DNA of 64,000 bases, taken from contig OU015568.1 in assembly GCA_907165135.1 (NCBI GenBank), forward strand, positions 14,384,001-14,448,000. Direction: 5' to 3'. The notes under the pieces were generated by a model that worked only from the letters and a program-made list of their open reading frames with translations, ran no database searches and had not been told where the DNA came from. Each line of letters starts with the position of its first letter. Within the stretch, counting starts at the first letter, position 1. Below, one piece after another: positions 26,901-38,140 of the stretch. Origin of the DNA: Oikopleura dioica. Lineage: Eukaryota > Animalia > Chordata. The position numbers were made by a program, and so were the translations under genes.

Positions 26901-28408
26901 CGGTTCAAGTTGTAATCCGGCGCATAGTAGAAGCACTTATCCGACCTTCCAGTGGGAGAACTTTATGCGGTCAAAAAGAAAAATATCTATCAGAAATCAA
27001 GTCCCTTTTTCGACCTTTTCAGATGACAACGACGGGAAATTTCTTTCTATCATCTTCTCTCAACCGAATTTCAATTTGATGGGTTCCGATAGATGAAGCA
27101 AAGTGGAAAAGAAAGAACCCTCTATGAATTTCAGTTTTTGAGTGCTAAAAAGCGAGAATTCTACTTACATATATCTTTGGTGACTTGGAATAAAAAATGA
27201 ATCGCCAGTCTCCCCGATCACCATCATATTACCCATTGCATCGACTAAATAGTGCTCGCCATCGAGAAAAGTGGCGCCCGTTGACTTTTTGTTTTAATAA
27301 TATATTCATAAAAACGCAGTCAATAAAGCATGAAAAATATTATTTCAAAACATTCATAAGGAAGAAGATAGTCTGCTTTGACTTTTACTTGGTCTTCCTT
27401 TCCCGTTAAATCCGAAAGAATAATTGGAAATTTTCGCATCTCAGTGTTCCATCGATCACTCCAGCGACGTGTTATTAATCCTAGATACCAGTAGCTGTAG
27501 TGACTGAAACTGTAACTATCGACCGATTCTGATTTTTTTAGGTTAAAAGAAGGAGTCAACTTCTGAATTGATTTGGTTATTTTCTCGCATTTGTAAAAAG
27601 GACAAGGGCATCCAGTTTCGCAGCGAATTTCCCATGGACAGATTTCGCCAGCAGAAAGCGAAGATTCAGTCAGCTCGAAGCAGATTGATTCACATGGGGA
27701 GTAAGGCTTAAATCTTGTTGATTCTAAAACAATTGTTGTCGAGCAAAGGTAACGGCATTCCTTCGCGTGGTAAAACTTTTTCTTCTGACAACGACGGAGA
27801 TTTATTTGATTTTCTTCTTCGGTGAAGACAAGAGGCTCACTTTCGATTTGTCTGATTTCTGCAACAGGCTCTGGGAAGATGAATTCTTTGGTTTGAAAGC
27901 ATTGCTTCATCGAATGACCGCAGAGATCCATTTTTTCAGTTTGGATGCATTTCTTGTAATCGCGGTGGCAAATTGAAAAACTAGAGATTCCAGAGATCTT
28001 TTCCAAGGACAAATTATTCGCTAAAAACTTACAAAAATGCAAGTCAACTCTAATGCTCACCTATAAGTATGATTCCTAACCAGAAAAGAAAAGCATTTGT
28101 CAAGTATGCTGCCTTTTGTTTCGCTGTTGCGTTTCCATGACCCGCTAGGGAGAACTTCTTTATGCATTTTTGCTTGAAAGTTCGTTTCCCCAAATCAGGT
28201 GTTGAAACTGTGGATTGATACTGTAGGGAAAAACCTCCTTCGGGAAATAAGTAAACCTTATCATCCGTTTGCTTGAGAGTGCCAGTACAGAGACAATCCA
28301 AACACTTTTAAAACTTGATTCAAACTATGATTTCGGAAATGATACCTGAACTTTGGTCTGGTCATTCTGTTTGACACTCTTTTCTTCCGTTTCTTCTTCT
28401 ATTACCAT
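23904..28408 (-). CDS. Paralogue (copy B) of the Cys-rich/Kelch-like type II membrane protein
   Basis: Shares CHRDYKKCIQ, RCQKKKFY, SPCESICFELT, NRFE..GFIASNHFNAK, LGSEWIGSL, MHVTSNP.F.FHDDVFPAF.KN and HIFGGY with copy A; equivalent first exon. Confidence 0.72.
24451..24697. mobile_element. hAT-like MITE in an intron of copy B
   Basis: Perfect 18-bp TIR GGGCGGCCACGGTACAAA / TTTGTACCGTGGCCGCCC; subterminal GTAC/TTTGTACC repeats at both ends; no clean TSD. Confidence 0.8.
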
Positions 28409-29488
28409 AGCGAACGGTCTCTAGCAACTGCTTTACCGAAGATAAGCTGCGAAACAAGTTTCAAAGAGACTTTTTATTGCTCCTCCTCACCAAGAAAATA
28501 CGAGAACAGTACGCTCTCACGCGCGCACTTTTAAATGTCACTGCTAGTACCCACTGGGTACTACCCAGTCATTCAGACGATTAACTAGGCCTTAGTTTCA
28601 AAATTGGAGGCCATTTTCTTGCAATATTTTCTGCTGAAAATGCTTGTCGTGAAATCATAAATTATTTGATAAAAGCGTCTATCAGATCATCAATTGCTTC
28701 AAAAATTGCCTTCAACAATTAGACACAATGGAACAACAATAAGAACTGTTGCTTTGATAATTTTTTCATAAATGCTCATCGCTTTATTCACAAATAAAAA
28801 CCTTCTCAAAGATCAATCATTGAACCAAATTCGCAGCACTTGGCTCACTGCAGCGTAGTAAAAATATTTAGCAGTACACAGTAGTCAGTAATGTCAGAAA
28901 TAAAATGCGGGAAGCGTCAAGAAAGGATCACGAAACTTTTTTTGTCTTTTCTGTTATCGCAGATAACTGGGTTTGTTTTTGATGTCAGATGGAAAAAAAA
29001 GTAATAAATATGATTGACTTGCAATTGTTTACGAATGTCAGTGTTACGATATGGGCACACGATTATGGAGCATATGCATATTTAAAATTGATTCTAAATT
29101 AATCATATCCAGCCAGCTCTTGAAGAGCCAAAAAACGAGCTCTTTGAAGAAGCAAGAAACTTTTAAAAGTCTAAAATGGGAGTCAGGATATTTCAGATTT
29201 CCAGGAATCGCTCAAACAAACGCGCAATTTTCCAGTAAGTCAATAATGTAATCGAGATCCTCCAAAACAAAATTGTGAAGATATGTTAAATGGAAAGAAA
29301 TATGGACATAAATAAAAATGTTAAAATGTGGCAACGCCATATTTCAAGTGCTGACATCAAGTGTATCAGTTTTGATAATAATATTAATATATATTAGGAA
29401 TAAATACACAACTGGGGCTTGTTTTTAACTACTAGCTGCAACTGTCGAATTTTTCGTGTCTGGAACAATCTTAGCATGGGTTTTTAAC

Positions 29489-32313
29489 TCAATTTTCAAT
29501 TTGATTGAGAAATTGTAGTTGTTGAAAGAAGTTGTCAAACCATGGCTTTATACTTTCTGCAGATTTACTTTGCTTTCGTTTGAGAGCTGTCACCGTCTCG
29601 TTCACAATATCGTTAATAAGCACCTTCTGTCCTCCAGTATAATACATCAACTTTACGACTGGCTTTGCTAGCTCATCATAGCCAGTTACCTCCGCCTTAA
29701 TTTTTTATTATTTCATGTCTTCCCAAAATAAAACTCACCACAAGCGAGCTTTGCGGAGATTTGCGGATAATATCGTAGACTACTGGTCCCATAACATTAT
29801 CAGTCGGGTTTTCGACACCTTCAAGTTGGGCGTGAACAACCTGGAAAGGAATGCCACACTCATGGGGATGGAATTCAGGCCTAAATTCAGTCAATTATTC
29901 TGGAAGAATGATGGAAGTAGCTACATGAGTTGTCGGATCATTTCAGTAGGGACGGAAGCGTAGTTTCCAAAGTCCAGATAGAGCACCATTGCGTTGTAAT
30001 CGTCGGTGTATTGGTAGATCTAAGAATAAAAGGGAAGAAGTCACTGCATTCAATTACCTGAACTCTGTACCACTTTCCGACTTCCTTTCCAGTAATTTCA
30101 TCAGTTGTATGATGAAGGACAGCCGCGTAAGAGCCGAAGGGCAGGTATTGGGACGGAGGAATGATGGAGATGGACTCGTCGGCGTTGTAAAACTCGCACA
30201 TGCTAAATTGCGGGCTAAAAACCTCATAAGAGGTGATAAAATATTACCTAGACTCGAAGGAGTAGAACTTGTCGTGCGATGGGTGGGTATAGGGCTGAAG
30301 CCAGACATCGTTGAAGTCTGGTCCAAGAGAGGTGACTCGCACCTCAACTGGGACACCTCGGACGAGCTCGACTTGTCCCTAGATTTTGAGTTCATTCCAC
30401 GAGATAACAATTTTAAAATGACCTCGTTGTTAGTAGGGCCTTCGTAAGTCGCGCTGTAGTCAAAGTAGTAGTCCTCGTAGCCGGTACCAGCAGGCTCCTA
30501 CAGATGCAAATAAGAAGATGTCATTTCAGTTTGGAAACTCCTACCTGTGGGACAAGAGGCGAATTAGAAAGGGTCTCCTCTAGCAGTTCTTGTGAGAAGT
30601 TGACGTCTGGGAAGCGTTCTTTCAGGATTTTGACTGCCTTGAGGATGTTTTTGCTCGTACCTTTGGGTTTCAAATGAGCATGGGAGCGAATTCATAGCAA
30701 GTATACCTTCAATAGCAATGTATTGTCCGCCTCCTTCGACTGGGTATTCCTTCACGAGGACCTTGCACTTTGACTGCTCTTGGATGGTCTTGATGTTCTT
30801 GCCGCTTCGACCAATGAGCGCACCAACCATTGACTAAAAGATAAAACTAAAGAAGAGTCTTTCTTAAAAGATCTTACCGCTGGGAAGCCGGAAATCTCCA
30901 TATATCGCTCGATATTGTCATCAGTCGCCGTTCCTGAATCGCTCGATGGAGCTTTCACTGACGACTTGGATGTGGAAGTGCTCGAGGACTTCTTCTTCTT
31001 TCCGTTTCTGCGCTTCTTCGACTTCGTCTTTGAGGCGTCCGATTCTTTGGCAGAGTCAGGAGTCGTCGAATCTCTGTTATCGTTTTCGTTCGAAGCCTCC
31101 ATCACCTTCTTCAAGTTCTTAGCCTTTGTGTGGTTCAAATTCAATCTCCAAGGGATTTCAAAGGGGTGAATCTAGAGGTGAAAAGTGATCTAGAACCTTT
31201 CCTTTTTAGAAAGTCCATTGGAGCTACCGTTCTTGGATTTTCTCTCGGAATTTCTCGAATTTGGAGTGTTTCCATTTTCCTTTGCCTTTCCATTCGACTT
31301 GGAGCTCTTTGAGCTTCCATTTTCCTTCACAACGGGGGTGTTCTTCACCTTCATCGTGGGAGAATCAGCCCAATTGTCCCAGTCTCGATTTTCAGATTCC
31401 GTTCTTGTCCGACGATCCAGCGCCATGTGCTTTGGCAATGCTGCGGTAGCGCCTGAAGCGCCCGTCGTTAAAGAAGCAGAGGTAGAAGTAGACTCCTCTT
31501 CAACAATCTCAGTCACATTTGTCAGTGGCTCTTTTGTGTCAATCTCGAATTCGAGTGACTCCCGTGAGTCTTCTTCTCCGTTAACTTCCGCGCATTCGAT
31601 GATCTCATAGGACTTTTCCGAAGAACATCGGCCATTTACAGCTTCAACTTCGACTTTCTCTTCTGTCACGATTTCTTCAACAATCTCTTCCGTGTCTTCT
31701 TGTGCCTCTGCTTCTGGCTCTGGACTGTCCATAAGGACGGCAGGAGCAGAGTTTACACAAACAACTTCTTTCGAAACAGTAATAAGTTCTTCCTCTTCCT
31801 CATCTTCTGATGGATCTTCCTTTTTCGTATTCGTTTCTACCTGGGGAGTTTCAGCTTCAAGCTGAGCAGTAGAGCATTCCTCTATCGTTTCAGGTGCTAC
31901 TAGCTCTGGAGCTTGACTATTGCTTGAATCCATGGTAGAAATACCCGAGTCAACCCTTGGTCTACTAACATCTTCCTGTGCCTTCTCAGGAACTTTTTCC
32001 TTTTCTTCGGAAGATAGAGCGGCTTATATAAGAAATATGGTTAGGGAAAGCGATGGGAGGTGATTATGTGATCACCTGTCTTGCTAGCTGCTTTAGCCTT
32101 TTTCGAGCTTTGTGGTGGATCAACTCGTTTCGCAACTTCTTTGATACTTGGTGCTACATACTCAGCATCTAAAGTAGATATGACCCGAAGCTCATGAATC
32201 AATATCTCACCAGTTCGCCTTCTTCTCGAGTGAACGTAATAAAGCCCCGCTAGAGCCGCCAATGGCGCCACAACAGCCCATATTTTCACAAAGTTATTCT
32301 GTTTCTCGCTCAT
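29489..32313 (-). CDS. AKAP1: AKAP1-like mitochondrial outer-membrane KH + Tudor protein
   Basis: N-terminal TM followed by basic RRRR; acidic linker; KH VGALIGRSGKNIKTIQEQS; Tudor KWYRVQVIE...VLYLDFG; the 3' end is approximate. Confidence 0.8.
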
Positions 32314-32687
32314 TCTTCCTTCTCAGCCTTCTTTCAATTATTTCTCTAGGTGCAAAAGTAAGTATCAAATACACTGCTAGAAACGATCTCTTACGGAACA
32401 TTCGAGCACCGACGCTTCTATCTTATTCTGAGGTCAACTCTTCTTCCAAAAAAAGTATCCCAACAAAATAGTCTCGAAGAGTTTCGTTATTTTTTCTCAG
32501 ATTTTTCTGCACGATTTTCGCCCGAATCTGAATACGATTTGTGAAGCAGCGCTGATGTCATACAGAAACAAGGGTCAAAGGTCACCGTCAAGGTTCATCC
32601 TCTTTTGAGACAAGCATCATGATCAAAGGTGACAAGTTTTCTTTCAAGTTTGTACAGTTTCATCTCGTTTTGTATTTAAGTTTGAAG

Positions 32688-34080
32688 CTACTCGAGATAT
32701 AGCTTGCAAACATATTTCGGGCCATAGTTTTTGCCCATATCTGGCACTACCATTTGACCCAATCTTGATTCAGAGTAAAAGTTAAGCTCAGGCAAGCAAT
32801 AAGGTATGAAATGAAGCGGAACAGAGCGCACTGTTATGGAATGCTCGATGTAGACCTCTTTGACAGCGGCTTGGACGACGTACTCGTTCTGTAAATGACT
32901 GAGAGTATTGCTGACGTAGGTTATATGACCGCCGGGACGGCATAATTGAAGAGCCTATTTTAGGATCGCTTTTTGTTCAAATTGGCAAAGCAAAGTTCTT
33001 ACTTTAGGGAATTACAATTGCTGATACGTATCCCTTCCTTTTTCAACTGATTTTTCTGCGAAATCGGCAACGATTGACGAATGTGCGTGTGGCTAGGATG
33101 AAAAAGGTTCAAGGAAGAATTCTCGTTCATGGAAACTCGATCATTCGTGCTCTCAGCGTCAAGTAAAATTGACGAAAATACGCCTTCCCTTATGTAATGC
33201 TCGCTAATATCATCGGCCAAGTTTTCGCCATATTTCAATGTCTTATCACTTTTTGCATGAATTCTTTCTTCAGTGTTGTCTGGATCGAGGTATTCTTTTA
33301 CACTCGCGATGACGTTTCTCGCTGCGTTGTACTCTCCGTTGTTGAGACAAAACATACAGTAAGGTGCAGCTCGCAGAAGAAGAGGAACAATTTCAGCTTC
33401 TGAATTTAGCAACAAGCAATTTTCAGAAGCTCGCGGAGCGTGAGCCAGAGCAACGAAGACATCCGCCAAGTCAGTTTTGATGAAGTCTTTGAGTCCGTTA
33501 TTAATCGCTAGAGGTCTCGGAAGCTGATTGAAATTTCCTAAAGGCGTTGCGTAAATAACCAGTTGTCTAGAAGCCTCTATTGATGATTCCATTTGCTCGA
33601 CGAGAAGGCGCGTTCTGATGAGTTTATTGTAATGCTCTGCTTCTGTCATCCCTTCTCCGGGACCCTCAGTTTTCAGTTCTAAGAGATTTTCTTGTTCTTT
33701 TTGTAGAACGGTTTCTGCGCGGCTGGAGAAAGTTCCCATGATGTTTTGAGCGCCAATAGATTCAAGCGTTTCAATGAGTTGTTCATTCGGATCCGTCACA
33801 AACGCACACTTTTTTGCAGGCGACAAGAGAGCACATCTGACGCTTTTCCAATCATTCTCAAATCGCTCGCCCAGTAAATCATCGAAATACTCCTTCGCAG
33901 CGTACGTTGGCAGCGAAGGATTTTCATAGTTAATGGTGTACTGCGCGTCTTTGGTCATTTCGTCGTAGCGGATGACATTTGGGCTTTGCGAGCCTCGCGC
34001 TCGCGGCCAAAACCTGTTTGGTTTGTTTTTGCAGCGCCATGGCGACGGAGAACGCGCACGATTCGATTTGCACTGATCAT
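32688..34080 (-). CDS. NSUN4: NSUN4-like mitochondrial m5C methyltransferase-fold protein with degenerate active site
   Basis: WKSVRCALLS, RPGGHITYVSNTLSHLQNEYVVQAA and GQMVVPDMGKNYGPKYVCKL match NSUN4; Arg-rich presequence from ATG 34080 joins only if the T5 run at 34026-34030 is T6. Confidence 0.8.
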
Positions 34081-34330
34081 TCTAGAGCTTCTTGTTCATC
34101 CCTCGAAAAGCGGAAGCGCCGAAAAAGCGCGAACATACAAGCCTGAACAGCTGACTGAAGCTTAGCTCCTGTCAAAAAGGACATGAAAGGGAAGGCTTTC
34201 GAATTATTGTTTCGATTAGTACAGAATTTAATCGGCTATCATAGTAACATGTGTGAGAAGAAAAGGCTGCAAGTTTTTAGTTTTTAAAAAGGTGAATTGC
34301 ACTACGAAGTTGGCGCTATCTCTAATCCGT

Positions 34331-34688
34331 TCATCCGAGGAGCAGGAGATACACAATTGCGAACATGTTTATTGCGATTAAGGGCACTAAAAAGTGTCTG
34401 AATTAGGGAGGAAAATCAAAGATCCTACCTCTCATGACAGTTCGTACAGCGTTGATGAGGCGGATAACTTGGACTTTTATGCCAGGAGGACCGAAACTGT
34501 TTGCCGAGTCTTCTACCTTTATTCAGGTTCAAATTTAAATTCCACCAAGATCTGCATTTGGTGTCTGATTCAAGCTTATTTTGAACCCGTAACAATCCGT
34601 ATTTTTTCAAGAATCTTTCTTCATGCAAAACCGCGACTGCATTCACAAATAACAAACAAGCTTCGAGCAAGGTCCCGAGGCCAAACAT
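34331..34688 (-). CDS. IER3IP1: Immediate early response 3-interacting protein 1 (Yos1 family)
   Basis: FGLGTLLEACLLFVNAVAVLHEERFLKKYG ... AVRTVMRVPLIAINMFAIVYLLLG. Confidence 0.9.
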
Positions 34689-35024
34689 CTGAAGCGATTG
34701 TATTTGTAAACGAGGTTGAGAGTGAATTCTGTGTGAGTTTTATTTTGTTTTTCGTTTTGTTTTTTTTGTATTGGTCTAGGTCCGATGCAAGGTGTTGCAA
34801 AGGAGGGAGAACTCTGACATGGCAGTTCGAATTAAAGAAACAGGGAATAAGGAAATAAATGGAGTCAGTTGAAAGTTATGTTGAAAGGTGATGATAAGTG
34901 TGGGAGGATCCGCTCATCTGAGTCGCACAAACTGGGGCTATAAACATGAAGGAACGATCGGAGAAAGAATCTAAAAACCAACATGAGTGATGATCAAGCC
35001 CGTGTCCTTTGCTTACGAAAATCA

Positions 35025-37518
35025 TTAATATGGACGGCCGCGTCCACGAACTCCAGCACGGCCCCTTCCACCGCCATATCCTTGGCCATAGCCTCCACCA
35101 TTGTGATATCCGCCGCCGTGGTTGTTGTATCCGCCGCCGCCGTTGTGGTATCCACCTCTAGGTCCGCCGTAGCCGCCTCTTGGACCTCCATAACCACCTC
35201 TTGGTCCGCCGTATCCTGGTCCTTGCTGATGGTAGGCTAGGAAAAGAATTGACGTACGAGAATTTTTTCCTAATTCATACCTGGTGGTCCTCCCCATCCT
35301 CCGTGGTTGTATCCACCATGAGGGGGTCCGTTCCAACCTTGTGGAGGTCCATTCCATCCTCCTCGGTATCCACCTCTCGGTCCACCATTTCCGCGCCAGT
35401 TGTTTCCACCGCGGTTGTTTCCGAAGCCTCGGTGGTTGCCTCGATTGCCACGGCCCCGACCACGGTTATTCTGGTGGTTGTTCTTCTTTAACAGCGCCTT
35501 GGCCTTGAACTGATTGTAAGCTGCGAGCCAGTTGGTGTCGAGCACAGATGGAGGAGGGTCGAAGGGATCTTCGCCTTTCTTTCCCTTGGATGATTTTACG
35601 CGGTGCGAATCAGCTTGCAACATGATGTCTAAACAGATCAGTTGATTGGAGACATGGATGAGAACGACTTACAGAAGCCCGGGATGGGTTTGATTGCTGG
35701 AAGTTCAGCCGCCCATTTGCGCTTGAGCCATTTGTTGACGATCCAATCTTTTGGTTTGTTCTCGTCTTCTTTCTTTTCCTCTTCAGGTTTAGCTTCAGCG
35801 TCGGCGTTTTCTTCCTTCATTTCTTCGCCAGCAGCTTCTTCGGTCGCTTTAGCTTCTTCCGACGACTTGTTGTCTTTTTGCGAGCGTTTCTTCTCTTCTT
35901 TCTTTTCATCTGCAAGAAAAGATGAAATGAGAAAAGGGTAAGAGGGACAGCGTCCCTGGGACGATCTTACCTTCATTGTCGTCATTTTCCGTTCCAACAG
36001 CCTCGGCATCGGCGACCTCTTCATCAATGAGTTTGCAACCGGCACTCGAAAATTTTCCGAAAATATTATCCAGCTCGTCAATCAATGGTTGCACCTGGAT
36101 AAAACTCAATTAACAAATGCTGTATCCATTAACAGTTCTATCAAAGAACTTCTTAGCGACTATCTCAAAAGAGAATTCGCTGTTTTCTGAATGAAGAAAG
36201 AAAGAAATTTCTAAAGCTGTCGCTCTAGCCAAACTGGAAAGTTGAGAGCCAGTGGTGAGCGACTTTTCAATGAGTGTCAGTTCCAAAAAAAGTTGGAGCT
36301 GGAAAAGCCAGAGTGCGAAATTTGACGGATTTTGCGGCGCGAAAGGGATGGTGTTTTTTATCAATGCTAGGCTAACGGAAAAAGTACCGGTTTTAAGGAC
36401 TAAACCTAAACATTGCTCATGCTTCTGTCCATGTCGATTTGAGATGGACAGGGGTTTTTGCGCAGATCCAGTTCCAAGTTGATCCTTCAGCTAAAAATGG
36501 TTAGAAAAAATGATAAATGAAGCAAGGGGGCTGTTTTTTCGCTACTACCGAATCCGTCAAAAGTCGGTTGTTCAATTGCTGTTTTACTTATTACTGTAGC
36601 TTTACTGTCGCGTACAGTGATATACTGATCCATTCGATTTCGATTACAGGCAATTTTAAGGCCTCTCCATTTTTTAAAGAAAAGCACTCGTCGAAACTCT
36701 TTCTTTTTGTGAAGATTTTTTGTAAAAGATACCTTCAGGTAATACGCGACGAGCGGAAGGTGTCCGAGCGCTTTCTGATTTTGGATGCAAAGTTTTCCAG
36801 TGTACATCCAGTCAATAAGGGCAGCCAAAGCGGCGCCGTGAATTTTCCGAGGGAGGACTAAGTTTGGTCGACAGACCGTTTCAACGCCCGGCAGGCCACT
36901 AGATTTTCATAAAATTTTAAATCTCAAGTTTCAAATTGTAAAAGAAATAAAAAAGTTTTTATTCCGCCAAAAAGGCGGCTTTAAATTTGGCGCGTAAAAG
37001 AGAGCTATTTCCACCAAGCGGGGAAACTTACTATGTGGTGAATTTCTCGAGCGCTTCGGCGAAAACGGGAGAATTGGCGATGAGGACGGAGCGATGAGCC
37101 CAGAAGGAAGCCCAGTAGAAGTTGCCTTTTTTGACGCGGAGGATGACGTCGCAAGTGTCCTTGTCCGCCTTCACCTTGGTCATGTTGGCGATCAGGTTTT
37201 CTTTGAAGTTAGGGATGACCACTTTCGCTTGAGCTTGGTCGACTTCAGCTTCGTCTTCGAACCCCTAGAATTGTTCGAATCAGAAATACTTTCTTTCAGA
37301 CTTACAATTTCCCAGTCAGCATCTTCAACCGGAAGTTCTTTTTTGACGACGATTGGTGGTGCTTGTGCCCTCTTTTTGACCTCTCCTTCTTTTGGCGCTT
37401 TGTTTTCGTCCGTCTCCATTTTTTCGACGTTTTCCTTCCCAGCTCCGTTTTCGTCAGCTGGAAGTTCAGAAACCGTTTCGAATTGGTCCATCTCGACGTC
37501 TGCCGAGGGGTTTTCCAT
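35025..37518 (-). CDS. BTB/POZ-domain protein with acidic regions and C-terminal RGG/GY-rich tail ending RGRPY
   Basis: CDVILRV...FWAHRSVLIANSPVF and ALIDWMYTGKL (BTB); downstream exons join in frame to the RGG tail. Confidence 0.72.
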
Positions 37519-37980
37519 TCTAAATCAAAAATTAAAAAGTTACTTATTCAAAGATCTCTTTTCTCGCTGAAAATAAAGGCTGTATCGACCGGCAAATGGT
37601 AAAAATCAATATGTTCTCGAAAGAATTTCTCAAAAAAGGAGCAATTTTCAATTTCGTTCTCGAGAAATCATTTCTTTTCAAGTCTTAGGAAGAAGAATCG
37701 TTTTACGATCAGGGAGGATCATCGATGTTCCAGTAAGTAAAGGATGCGGATCTGTCTCTCGGGAGGAAATTTTACAGTCGAAATGGCCAATCGGAGTCCG
37801 CGCGTGGGCGCTATTTATCTTCCCTCCAGCTTTCTCGACTCCGAACTTCCACTATTTTTACAGCTTCGATTAGTGTGCTTTTAATGAAAGCCTTTACCTC
37901 ATTGCCAAAACAAGGTTATGCGACACTGATGGACTGTTTACGAGTCGTAAATTACGACCCATGATTTTTAACAGAATTTC

Positions 37981-38026
37981 GAACCAATCAGATTTCCCCA
38001 TTTGACCGGTGAACCAATCAAATTTC
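37981..38026. promoter_or_regulatory. Tandem CCAAT boxes upstream of the minus-strand BTB-IER3IP1-NSUN4-AKAP1 gene run
   Basis: Direct repeat GAACCAATCA(G/A)ATTTC at 37981 and 38011, 30 bp apart; another CCAAT near 37787. Confidence 0.4.
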
Positions 38027-38140
38027 AGAAAAAAATTTCCCAGAAAATATCAAAATGTATACTCGAAAGAAACGACTTGAAGTAAAGGATTTATTTTTGA
38101 AATAACGGCAGTATTTATCAATAATAATGAACAAAAGGCT

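Noticed and set aside
34983-35508. Multiple overlapping ORFs around the RGG tail
   Set aside because: Products of Gly-rich repeats; only the minus-strand RGG frame splices coherently
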